Positions 1 through 9,373 are shown, counted from the stretch's first letter. The stretch: DNA of 64,000 bases from an uncultured Alphaproteobacteria bacterium (GCA_963721975.1 CAVRLF010000004.1:3033-67032), one strand, 5' to 3'. Notes: generated from the sequence alone by a model not told the origin. Numbers and translations: made by a program.

Positions 1-593
1 CGTCTCGACGTCATGGTCGGCGACGAGCGCGCGGGCGTTGTCGACGAGGACTTCTTCCGGCGCGCCGCCAAAGGTTAGAAAGGCGCTCTCAAGCCCCTCG
101 AACCAGCTTTCCCGCCGCTCATTGCGGAAAGCGCGCACATGCAGCCGCCGCGAATAGCCGAGCACAGCAACGAACAAGTATACCTTGATTGGCGCCGCCA
201 ATCTCAACCAGCCGCTCGCCGAAATCGATCTGCAGCTGCCGGCCCGAAGCCGTCTCGAAGCGAATGCTCGCCCGCGCCTCCGCCTCAAGCTCCTGCCGAT
301 AGCGCTCGACCGCGCGCTCCACCGTCCGCAAGCTCGCCGCAACGCCCTTCTAGCAGCTCCTGGCGCACCACATCGGCATTGCCGCGATGCCGCCGGAACC
401 GCTCCTTTAGCCAATCGCCGTGCTCGCCCAGAAGCTTCTCCCGTTTCGGGTTCTTGAAAGGCCGCCAGCCCCCGGCTTGCAAATACCGCCTCACCGTCGT
501 CCGGCTGACGCCAAACTCAGCCGCAATCCGCTTCGACCCCCATCCAGCTGCCTTGAGCCGCAGCATCGCCGCCCCCCCCTCAGGCTCAATCAT
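1..593 (-). pseudogene. istA: IS21 transposase IstA, N-terminal part, frameshifted twice
   Basis: GAGGAG RBS, then MIEPEGGAAMLRLKAAGWGSKRIAAEFGVSRTTVRRYL (HTH). Continues in a second frame (RTVERAV..RFETASGRQLQIDFGE) and a third (KVYLFVAVLGYSRRLHVRAF). Frame changes near 330 and 190. Confidence 0.85.
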
Positions 594-744
594 CTCCTCT
601 CCCCGCGGTTCTTCAGACCGCGGACGGACTACCAAGAGTTCTTCTGTCTGCTGTGTGATCGTCCATCAAAACCCCCTTCTTGCCGATGCCAAGGGGGTCA
701 GTTCCTCATGGCGTCAGGGGGTCAGTTTTCCATGTCGCCCGACA
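1..744 (-). mobile_element. IS21-family insertion sequence, one end (runs off window start)
   Basis: Minus strand begins TGTCGGGCGACA at 744. Two internal direct repeats (AGGGGGTCAGTT at 692-703 and 716-727) are typical of IS21 ends. istA-like coding follows. Confidence 0.85.
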
Positions 745-769
745 GGAGGGAGAGGGCTGGGGTGAGGGG
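745..769. repeat. Half of a REP-like CCCTCTCCC/GGGAGAGGG palindromic element abutting the IS21 end
   Basis: GGAGGGAGAGGGCTGGGGTGAGGGG matches the right arm of the elements at 10719-10817, 50330-50490 and 53802-53889. Confidence 0.65.
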
Positions 770-1091
770 CTGCGCAAAATAGAGGCTGGGCGCCACGGCG
801 TTTTTCTTGACCGACGGCGCCTTACGGCCCACCCGTTGGCGAGTCGCGCACGGCTCGCCGCCCGCTCGGATCGCGCCTAACCCTTTATGCTTAACAGACG
901 GGCGCAAGAGGCTTATTTCCGGCCAAAACGAACCCAATCGAACCTAATAAAGCCAATTCCAGCGCGAAAACTGCCCATTTTTGCCCTCGGTGGGGCGACC
1001 AGATGTCCGTTAATTATGTTTTTGTGGCGGAATTAATTATACGGCCCTTTTCGCGGGCGCCGCGGGGCTCGCAAGCCGTGAAACTCCGCGG

Positions 1092-1143
1092 CCTCATCCG
1101 GAGCCCGTCGAAGCCTCATTCTACGCTTGTCGAAGGATGGGGG
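1092..1143. repeat. Short palindromic intergenic repeat (CCTCATCC...CTTGTCGAAGGATGGGG type)
   Basis: CCTCATCC at the start pairs imperfectly with GGATGGGG at the end. Resembles common alphaproteobacterial REP-like elements. Confidence 0.35.
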
Positions 1144-1374
1144 CAGGCGTTCGCCGCGGCGCCGGCCGCGCCTAAAGCAGAAGCGCCGCCTTTTTTACCG
1201 ATCCCGGCTCGCGCTTCGCTTGGCCGGGAAATTCGTTGCTATAGAAAGGGTTGGTCAGGCTAACGACGCCCCCTTAACCTCTCGGTAAGGCGCTTCTTCT
1301 TAAGTTCCGCACCAACCTGGCGGTCGACCCCCATGACTGAAAATGCGCGGCGTCCTGCGGTATGCTCTATATAG

Positions 1375-1550
1375 GGCTGGCCGCTGGCAAAGAGGTCGTT
1401 TTGTCTATGGTGCGCGCAAGCCCGTTCTTAAGTTGGACCGGGGGCGCCTCGATTACCCCCAATGGAGCCAAGGAGCAGCAATGCTCTGGGAGCAGGTTTC
1501 TTAGGGTTCTTTTTCATGAGGTCCCCACGCTGGCGGCAGCCGAGGGAGAA
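1375..1550 (+). ncRNA. Candidate IS110 bridge RNA in the non-coding left end
   Basis: About 180 nt of non-coding sequence before the recombinase ATG, with several hairpins (1440-1460, 1473-1486, 1488-1525). TTCTTAGGG at 1498-1506 equals the reconstructed donor junction. Confidence 0.5.
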
Positions 1551-1554
1551 CGTA

Positions 1555-2826
1555 ATGGAAGTCATGCATGAGCGTGTCGCCGGGCTTGATGTTCACAAGG
1601 AGACGGTCGTTTGCTGTGTGCGCATCATTGCTGGCGGGAAGGTCTCGCGAGAATGCCGAACCTTCGAGACGACTACAACTGCTCTCGAAACTTTGCTGGC
1701 CTGGCTGACGCAGAGCGGATGCACGCATGTGGCGATGGAAGCCACCGGCGTCTATTGGAAGCCCGTGTGGAACATCTTGAACGATGGCAAGTTCGAGCTG
1801 ATTTTGGCCAATGCGGCGCATATCAAGAACGTGCCGGGCCGCAAGACGGATGTGAATGACGCTGCCTGGATCGCCGATCTGACGGCCTTCGGCCTAATCA
1901 ACGCGAGCTTTGTCCCGGACGAAGCGATCCAGGAGTTGCGCTCGCTGATGCGGGCGCGCAAGCAACTGGTCCGCGAGCAGACGCGGCATATCCAGCGGAT
2001 CCAGAAGACGCTCGAAGAAGCCAACATCAAGCTCGATTTCGTGATCAGCGCCATCATGGGCGTTTCCGGGCGGCGGATGATCGAAGCGATGATCGCAGGC
2101 GTGCGCAATCCCCACAAGCTGGCGCAATTGGCCGACCGGCGGATCAAGGCCTCGCCGAAAGCGCTCTACGACGCGCTGCACGGCCGGCTGACCGATCATC
2201 GCCGCTTCATATTGCGGCTTCACCTCGGCCAATACGACGCCTTGGCCTCTTCCATCGCGCAGATTGACGCCCAGACAGATGCGGCGAACGCCAGGATCAC
2301 TGAGGAGGCGGCCACGGGCCGCAGCTCCTTTCGCGACATGACCACGCTTTTGGACGCCATTCCCCGCATTGCGAGTTTGGCGGCGACCGCGATCCTTGCC
2401 GAGATCGGAACCGATATGGGCCGGTTTCCAACGGCTGGGCATCTCGTGTCCTGGGCTGGCTTGTGCCCTGGCCAGAACGAAAGCGCGGGCAAACGCAAAT
2501 CCTCGCGGCTTCGCAAGGGCGCCCCCTAGCTCAAGACGCTGCTCGTCCAATGCGCCTGGGCGGCGGCCAGGAAGAAGGATAGTTACTACAAGGCGCAATT
2601 CAATCGCCTCAAGGCCAGGCGCGGCCCCAAGACAGCGATCTGCGCGGTGGCCGCCTCGATGCTCACGGCGATTTACCACATGCTGAAAGATGGCGTCGAA
2701 CATCAGGATCTTGGGGGCGGCTATTTTGATCGACGCCCGGTCGAGGAAAAAGCCAACCGCCTGGTCGCTCAACTGGCCAAGCTCGGCTTCAGGGCCGAAC
2801 TTCAACCGCTAGCGGAGGCCGCTTGA
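1555..2826 (+). pseudogene. IS110-family recombinase/transposase with premature amber stop at 2527-2529
   Basis: RuvC-like DEDD motifs GLDVHK, MEATG and KTDVNDA, plus C-terminal NESAGK. GAP-TAG-LKTLLVQCAWAA continues in frame to TGA 2824-2826. Confidence 0.9.
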
Positions 2827-3322
2827 TGGCGCTCAAAAACCAGCGGCCGCGCCTGCTCCGGCTACCCGGCCGCGTTGCGGCCGGGTGAGTTTCTTCTTAG
2901 AGCTCACGACGAGCCGCGCGGGCGCGCTTTGAAGCGGGCGGTATTGCCGCCGCGCCTCTTGTGGCTGTGTCTACGCGCTGATGTCCACAGCCTCAGCTTC
3001 TCGTTCCGGTTGCCCGAAAGCGCGAAGCGGACAGCCGCGGCCGACTATGCGCGCCGACCTGAGCCAGCCGGATCAAACAGAGGCGTGCGCGGCTGGCGAA
3101 GGTGGAACTGGCGAAAACGTCATCAAGGCGCCACACCGCACGGGCTTAATCGAATAAGGCATGTAGACATGCCAGCGCTGCAAGACGCGAGCCCGCTCGG
3201 CGCCGTTGATCCGCCTGAGCCTGGACTGAAGATGACTGGCGGAAGATAGACTGTCTGCGCCGGTCACGAAGCCTTGTATGAAGATGCTGAACCACTTTGT
3301 CGTGCGGGGTCGTTGTTAGACT

Positions 3323-3541
3323 ATGTACCTGCATGATTGCCCGGGAGCTGTCCTTGACTACCTCGTTGAGAGCGAAAGCCTCGATTGGGTACTCGCCAGC
3401 CTCATAGAGATAGCCGAGCAGAAAGCCAAAAATCCGCAAGCGGACAAGGTTGCTGCGGCGCAATGGGGCCGGACCATTCATCGGCTTAACGGGTTGCGCG
3501 CGTGGTGCATGGAGTTCGGACCAGAGTCCGGCTGCCGATAG
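3323..3541 (+). CDS. Hypothetical 72-aa protein, paralogue of 3612-3824
   Basis: Conserved blocks with the downstream ORF (LVESESLD, ADKVAAAQW, WC..FGP.SGCR) support coding. Confidence 0.7.
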   Translation: MYLHDCPGAVLDYLVESESLDWVLASLIEIAEQKAKNPQADKVAAAQWGRTIHRLNGLRAWCMEFGPESGCR

Positions 3542-3611
3542 GATCGCTACTCTCCTCTGCAGCTGTTTCCTGTTTCGGGTTTATGCGTCGTCTTTTTGTG
3601 GGGGGTTTGTG

Positions 3612-3824
3612 ATGTATGACCGTCATAGAGATGTCCTCGAATGCCTCGTTGAGAATGAAAGCCTCGATGGGGTTCTCTACAGACTTATAAGAATAGCCGA
3701 GAAGAAGGCTCAATATCAGTACGCAGACAAGGTCTCGGCAGCTCAATGGAAGCGAACCGTTCGCCGGCTTGCCGAGGTTCGCAAATGGTGCGCTGCATTC
3801 GGCCCGGGGTCGGGGTGCCGGTAA
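3612..3824 (+). CDS. Hypothetical 70-aa protein, paralogue of 3323-3541
   Basis: MYDRHRDVLECLVENESLDGVLYRLIRIAEKKAQ..ADKVSAAQWKRTVRRL..WCAAFGPGSGCR. Confidence 0.7.
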   Translation: MYDRHRDVLECLVENESLDGVLYRLIRIAEKKAQYQYADKVSAAQWKRTVRRLAEVRKWCAAFGPGSGCR

Positions 3825-4131
3825 AGTCTGCTTCCGAACCTGCGCCGCCAGCATGAATAGGCTTCGAGAACTCAGACCGCGCCGCCTGCGCTTGAGCGGA
3901 TAAATATTAGCCTGAATAGTTCGAAGTGATCGGAAGGCGCTTGCTCCATCGCCTCGCTTGGGTAGGATGCGTGCAAAACGACACGAAAGCAGCCCTCTGG
4001 GTGGGCAGCTTTCCTACTTGAGGATCGATCGATCTTTCCGCCTTTAATCGCGTCAGACGAAAGGCGGGCTGATCCAGAGGCGCCGCGAGGCCGCAACCGG
4101 CCATGCGCCAGCAACGAGCGAGGTGAGGGCA

Positions 4132-5034
4132 ATGGCGGCTGTGCGCGGCGTGGGATTTTCGAGCGCTGTTCAGGAAGACATCTATTTCGACCGGCTGAGG
4201 GAGAACCTCGACCAGGCTGAGGAGTTCGGCGTCGATTTTGTTGAGTTGCCGCTGTTCATGATGGATTTGATCGCGGGCGGCCGTGTGCTGCAGCCCCAGA
4301 TGCATCGACTGCACGACGCGCTGAAGGCGCGGACCGTCGGATTCACTGCGCACGGCCCTATCGGCCTCAATTTTATGCAGCCGCCGGAGATCGCCGCGCG
4401 CCACCTGACGATCGCCAAGGCGGCCATCGAGGTCGCGGCGGAAATCGGCGCGCCGCATCTCGTTTTGCACACCGGCCGCACGATGGCGCAAACAGACGCG
4501 GAGATCGAAGACCTCTACGCCCGCCAGCGCGACGCCTTCGCCTCGCTCGGAGACATCGCGGCCAAGCATTCGATCGTCATCGCGATCGAGAATATTTTCC
4601 CGACCAGGCCCGGCGAACATGTGGCGCTGCCGTCGCGTCTTGCCCGCGAGATCGAGACGGTCAACCACAGACACGTGCGCGGTTGCCTCGATTTCTCGCA
4701 CGCGACTTTGACCTGCGCTGGCGCGGGCGTGGACTTCTTCGCCGACGCCAAGACGCTCGCCCGCGTCTCACGCCACTTGCATATTCACGATTCGTTCGGC
4801 GACCCGGCGCAGTTCTACACCTTCTCAAGGTCCGAGCGGCTCGCCTACGGGCTCGGCGATCTGCATCTGCCCATCGGCTGGGGCGCGATACAGTGGCCCG
4901 CCATCATGGCGGAGTTCACCTTCGAGCCGGACGCGATCTTCAACCTCGAACTACCCCTCCCATACTGGTTCGCGCTCGAAGACAGCGTTCGCGCCGTTAA
5001 GGAGATGGCCGATCTCTACCGGTCCCGCAGCTGA
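4132..5034 (+). CDS. Sugar phosphate isomerase/epimerase (AP endonuclease family 2 TIM barrel)
   Basis: Motifs LVLHTG, IAIEN, CLDFSHA and HLHIHD. Confidence 0.8.
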   Translation: MAAVRGVGFSSAVQEDIYFDRLRENLDQAEEFGVDFVELPLFMMDLIAGGRVLQPQMHRLHDALKARTVGFTAHGPIGLNFMQPPEIAARHLTIAKAAIEVAAEIGAPHLVLHTGRTMAQTDAEIEDLYARQRDAFASLGDIAAKHSIVIAIENIFPTRPGEHVALPSRLAREIETVNHRHVRGCLDFSHATLTCAGAGVDFFADAKTLARVSRHLHIHDSFGDPAQFYTFSRSERLAYGLGDLHLPIGWGAIQWPAIMAEFTFEPDAIFNLELPLPYWFALEDSVRAVKEMADLYRSRS

Positions 5035-5088
5035 GCTTCTGGATCTTAAAGCGGCGTTGTGCGAAAAGGCCGAAAGAACTCCGCGGCT

Positions 5089-6159
5089 TCATGCCTTGCG
5101 CATTCTGTCGAGCCAGTTGGGCTTATACGGCGCGCAGATGTCGTCGTTGCCCATGGCGTCTGCGAGGACCCGCTTCATATTTCTCGTAAAGCGGTCTGTG
5201 TTGATCCGCAAAACGCGGTCATGACCGCCTTCAGGAATGAGGGGTTCATAAGCGGCAAGCTCCGGTTCTCTGCGGCAACCCGACGGGCGGTTGTCCAGGA
5301 AAACGCGTAAGAGCCCCTCATGGGCGTGACCGAAATCCTCCTTGATCACGTCCGCCAAGGGGCCGATGGTGGTTGCGCTCAGCGCAAGCTCCTCAAATCC
5401 TACGCTCGTCGTGTCCCAACCTGCGCGGATCAGCAAGGTGCACGCCGTGCATGGCGTAAAGTCCTGCCTCGGCCGAGTGCTCGTCATCAGCCCAAGCTTG
5501 CAGTCTTTTGTATCCCTGTCCCCGTCCCCATGGTCGAGCATGATGACGCGCGCGCGATCGCGATCTCTCGTTTCCTGGCCGATATTTGTGCCCATGAGGA
5601 CGGCTGTCCTGCCGATCAGGATAACGGGACCTTCGAAATAGAACATGGGATCGTTGCCTCGCCGCGAATGGCGAATGAACGACATTCTGTGCATCAGGGT
5701 GGAGCCCTCGCGCCAGACACGCACGACTTCTCGCGCCGCATCGCCTGTATCGATCGAATCCAGGCTGTATCGGTAGGCGATGTGCACGCCGCAAAGCCAA
5801 TCTTCCACGGTCGAAACGAGCTGAGGGTAGTCAGGCGGCACGCGCACCGCGACGGCGCCGGCTCCGTAACGCTTGTCGTTGAAGTCTTTGAGCGAAGCGC
5901 TCGAAAACCATTCTCCACGCAACTCAGGAATGGCGACGCGATTGAAGAACTCGGCGAGCCTTTTGCTCGTATTGCTCGCTATGCGATGAGGTGTTCCGTT
6001 GAGGATGGCGAGCACGGTTCCTTGTGCTATCTTTGATTGCTCGGCGATAGATTTCGCTTTCGCGTTGTCGGTTGCGGGAAGGTGCAGCGCTGAGCCATAC
6101 TCATCGATCAAAGCGCGCAGAATTTGCGTTATCGGGGGATCATTCGGCCCGTGTAGCAT
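5089..6159 (-). CDS. Hypothetical 356-aa protein with XRE-like N-terminal helix-turn-helix
   Basis: Long ORF. IAEQSKIAQGTVLAILNG..ASNTSKRLAEFF resembles an XRE HTH. The C-terminal domain was not recognised. Confidence 0.6.
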   Translation of the reverse strand: MLHGPNDPPITQILRALIDEYGSALHLPATDNAKAKSIAEQSKIAQGTVLAILNGTPHRIASNTSKRLAEFFNRVAIPELRGEWFSSASLKDFNDKRYGAGAVAVRVPPDYPQLVSTVEDWLCGVHIAYRYSLDSIDTGDAAREVVRVWREGSTLMHRMSFIRHSRRGNDPMFYFEGPVILIGRTAVLMGTNIGQETRDRDRARVIMLDHGDGDRDTKDCKLGLMTSTRPRQDFTPCTACTLLIRAGWDTTSVGFEELALSATTIGPLADVIKEDFGHAHEGLLRVFLDNRPSGCRREPELAAYEPLIPEGGHDRVLRINTDRFTRNMKRVLADAMGNDDICAPYKPNWLDRMRKA

Positions 6160-6588
6160 TGCGTGTCCTCGCCCGAAGCGGCCGCAGCATTTCCCGCGCA
6201 GAGAGAGACGCCTGCCAAAAGCAGAAGATCCTGGCGCCGACTGCGGACGATCTCAACTTCAGCTTTGTTATAAATGTGACGTAGGGTTTATACATAATTG
6301 ATTCAATAGCGCTCCAAGAACAGCGCCACAGCGCGCTTCATGATGACGCGGCGCTGCTCCCTTTATGAAGCGCCCTTGCGAATAAGAGAGGCGAAAGACG
6401 CGCACGATATCGCAGCAGATTGCATCACGAGTACCTGTTGCTTCAGCGGGACCTGACAAATGCTTGCGCTCAGATCGCTACGTGGTTGTCGTTGCGAGCT
6501 GAACCACAACCGCGGATTATTATCGAAAGGCGCATCGGTTAACCCGGCCTCTCGAAACCGGCCCATGCGCCCCCCGCAGGAGGCTGCC

Positions 6589-6813
6589 ATGGAAAGCAAA
6601 GAAGGAAAGTCAGGAGAAGACCCGAAGTGTAATAAAACACCAGACGACTCGCAATCGCCTTACGCATCGCTAGAGCAACTCGCGACCGTCAACAAGCGCG
6701 TCGAACGCGCCGAACGCAACTTCTTTTGGGGCGGTTTGCTTGGCGCGCTGATCTGGAAGTTTCTGACCTGGGCCACCGATCATGTCGCCAGATCGAACTT
6801 GTTCTCGTTCTAA
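6589..6813 (+). CDS. Small single-pass membrane protein
   Basis: AGGAGG RBS. Hydrophobic stretch FFWGGLLGALIWKFLTWA. Confidence 0.55.
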   Translation: MESKEGKSGEDPKCNKTPDDSQSPYASLEQLATVNKRVERAERNFFWGGLLGALIWKFLTWATDHVARSNLFSF

Positions 6814-7058
6814 GCGAGGTTTGTTGGCTGCCTCGGGCTGTATGAAGGCTCCATCCCGGCGCCGAGTCAGCCGACAAGCCGAACGGCGGGCGCGCCGCCC
6901 GCTGTCCGCAGAGACGAAGGCGCCAATGTGACAGATCGCTTGTCGCGTTGATCTCGCGGCTGATGCTTGCCAAGAAGCTTCTGCAACTTGTCCGCCTGGA
7001 ACCGGCTCCGATTACGGACGGGTCGATTTGGATCAGCATGCCCGGCCGCGAGGCGGCG

Positions 7059-7979
7059 TCATGAAACCCGCGAAGGCGCGCGCATGATGACGCCCGCATG
7101 CTTCGCCTTGTGCTCGGGCTCGACATGGATGGTCACGCTCGCGCCGGACACAGCCTCCTGGAGAGCGTTCTCGACGTCGTCGCAGATATTGTGGGCCTCC
7201 GACACGGTCATGTCGGCCGGCACCACCAAATGGAACTGGATGAATGTGACGGGGCCTGCGGGCCGTGTTTGCAGGTCGTGGGCCTCGATAGCGCCCCCCG
7301 CAGCCTTGGCGATGGCGGCCCGAATGCGGGCGAGCGTCTCCTCATCCACGGCCTCGTCCATCAGCCCCCCGACGCTGTCTCTCACAAGCCCCCAGCCTGC
7401 GAAGAGGATGTAAACGCCGACGCAGGCGGCGATGATGGCGTCGAGTTGCAGCCAGCCTGTCAGGACGGCCGCTGTCACGCCGATCACGACGCCGGTCGAT
7501 GAGACGGCGTCAGACAAAACATGGCGGCCGTCGGCGTCGAGCGCCGGCGATTTCTCGCGGCGGCCGATGCGAATGAGCCGCCAACCCCACACCGCGTTGA
7601 TTACGGACGCCGTCACGTTGACTGCGATGCCGAGAGCGGGCGCGTCGAGTTCAACAGGCTGGAAGAAATGGATCGCTGCTTCCCGGAAGATGGCGATGGC
7701 CGCAACGATGATGAGCGCGCCTTCGAGCACGGCGGAGAAGTACTCGGCCTTATGGTGGCCGAAGGGGTGTTTGTCGTCGGGCGGCGTCGCGCTGACGCGA
7801 AGCGCGAACCAGGCCGCGCCCGCAACCGCAACGTTGATGATGCTTTCGAGCGCGTCGGATAAAAGCGCGACGGAGCCCGTGATCCAGTAGGCCACGGATT
7901 TGAGCGTGAGCACGACAAGCGCCCAGCCTAGGCTCTGGATCGCGTAACGGGCGATCTGCCGCTCGGAACTTTCGCTCAT
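7059..7979 (-). CDS. fieF: Cation diffusion facilitator family transporter (FieF-like)
   Basis: SVALLSDALES, HPFGHHKAEYF, DGRHVLSD, IHVEP. Confidence 0.85.
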   Translation of the reverse strand: MSESSERQIARYAIQSLGWALVVLTLKSVAYWITGSVALLSDALESIINVAVAGAAWFALRVSATPPDDKHPFGHHKAEYFSAVLEGALIIVAAIAIFREAAIHFFQPVELDAPALGIAVNVTASVINAVWGWRLIRIGRREKSPALDADGRHVLSDAVSSTGVVIGVTAAVLTGWLQLDAIIAACVGVYILFAGWGLVRDSVGGLMDEAVDEETLARIRAAIAKAAGGAIEAHDLQTRPAGPVTFIQFHLVVPADMTVSEAHNICDDVENALQEAVSGASVTIHVEPEHKAKHAGVIMRAPSRVS

Positions 7980-8208
7980 GTCTGACGCCCCAGTCGCCGT
8001 CCGCTACAAAGCAGGTTTCAGTTTGAAATGGCCCGTCTCGCCCCGTGGCGATGAACCATTCGCCTCGGACGCCGACAGGACTTTCCTCGGATAAGGCGTA
8101 TGCTCATTCGAGGAAAGTTCGCGCGAGCGTCGAGCGGGCGCCAATGTGCCTCAGGCTGTCCTAGCAAAAACGAGGCGCGCTGCAAAGAGCCGGCGAGGGA
8201 GCAAGCGA

Positions 8209-8376
8209 TCAATGGGAGCGGGCTCGGGTTGCCTTGGATCTCGGCGCGCGCAGCCGATCCCTGGCTTTTTCGATCGCCTCAGAATCGTCCTTGAGTTCGC
8301 GCAGGCGACCTTGAACGCTGGTGAGCTTTTCAAGCGCGGCCTCGACCTCGGCAATAACACTATCGATTTTGCTCAC
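8209..8376 (-). CDS. Putative 55-aa coiled-coil protein (GTG start)
   Basis: GAGGT upstream of GTG. MSKIDSVIAEVEAALEKLTSVQGRLRELKDDSEAIEKARDRLR shows heptad character. Below the ORF-track length cut-off. Confidence 0.45.
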   Translation of the reverse strand: MSKIDSVIAEVEAALEKLTSVQGRLRELKDDSEAIEKARDRLRAPRSKATRARSH

Positions 8377-8512
8377 AGCACGACCTCATTATTGTTGCTC
8401 TTGGAACATATCCTTTTCCTATCGGCGTTGGAAATCTCATTTAAGCGCAAGCTTAACCAGTACAACTTATCGAAAACGGGTAGCGAAATCTTGCCGGATG
8501 CGGCGCCCTTTC

Positions 8513-9373
8513 TCAACGAAAGACGACGGTGCGGTTTCCGTTCAAGAGAATGCGATGCTCGACGTGCCATTTCACGGCGCGCGACAGCACCACGCATTCC
8601 ACATCGCGGCCCATATTGATGAGATCGTCGGTTCCCATCGCATGGTCGACGCGCGCTACCTCCTGCTCGATGATCGGCCCTTCGTCGAGCACGGGCGTCA
8701 CATAATGCGCCGTGGCGCCGATCAACTTAACGCCGCGCGCGTGCGCCTGATGGTAGGGCTTTGCGCCCTTGAAGCTCGGCAGAAACGAGTGATGGATGTT
8801 GATGGCGCGGCCCGAGAGCCTCTGGCACAGCTCTTCCGACAGCACCTGCATGTAGCGGGCGAGCACGACGAGGTCGATGCGCTCGTCTTCGATCAACTCG
8901 GCAAGGCGATGCTCCTGCTTGTCCTTGGTTTCTGCCGCCATCGGCAGGTGATGGAACGGGATGTCGTGGCTCGCCGCGAGGCGGTAGAAGTCGCGGTGGT
9001 TCGACACGATGGCCGGGATCTCGATGGGCAGAGCGCCCACGCGATGGCGGTAGAGCAGATCGTTCAGGCAATGGCCGAATTTGGAGACCATGATGAGCAC
9101 GCGCATGCGCTCGGCGATCGGATGCAGGGCCGAGGTCATCTTGTACTTATCGATCACCGGCGCCAACATGGCGCGCGCATCGTGGTAATCGAGGTCCGGC
9201 GGCGCCGAGAACGACACGCGCATGAAGAAGCGGCCAGCCTTCATGTCCCCGAACTGGGCGCTGTCGGTGATGTTGCAGCCATGCTCCGCGAGCAGGCTCG
9301 CGATCGCGGCGACGATGCCGGGCTTGTCGGCGCAGGACAGGGTGACGACGAAGGCGGGCTTCCGATGCGGCAT
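8513..9373 (-). CDS. purU: Formyltetrahydrofolate deformylase
   Basis: ACT domain (CADKPGIVA), INIHHSFLPSFKGAKPYHQA, GVKLIGATAHYVT. Confidence 0.95.
   Translation of the reverse strand: MPHRKPAFVVTLSCADKPGIVAAIASLLAEHGCNITDSAQFGDMKAGRFFMRVSFSAPPDLDYHDARAMLAPVIDKYKMTSALHPIAERMRVLIMVSKFGHCLNDLLYRHRVGALPIEIPAIVSNHRDFYRLAASHDIPFHHLPMAAETKDKQEHRLAELIEDERIDLVVLARYMQVLSEELCQRLSGRAINIHHSFLPSFKGAKPYHQAHARGVKLIGATAHYVTPVLDEGPIIEQEVARVDHAMGTDDLINMGRDVECVVLSRAVKWHVEHRILLNGNRTVVFR

Larger units (their letters stand above)
1372..2900 (+). mobile_element. IS110-family element bounded by a duplicated TAG core
   Basis: TAG at 1372-1374 and 2898-2900 flank a DEDD recombinase ORF. There are no terminal inverted repeats. 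Removing the element restores the palindrome GCTCTATATAGAGC. Confidence 0.8.

Noticed and set aside
1294-1306. TTCTTCTTA match with the IS110 right end (2891-2899) as an alternative left boundary, which would give TTGCGG-N17-TAAGTT on circularisation
   Set aside because: Less favoured than the TAG boundary at 1372-1374, which restores a perfect palindrome and gives a junction matching the internal TTCTTAGGG. Not fully excluded.
2875-3267. ORFs right of the IS110 as a gene interrupted by the element
   Set aside because: The reconstructed empty-site frame from ATG 1343 gives an Arg-rich sequence with no protein-like features. Another frame stops at the core TAG.
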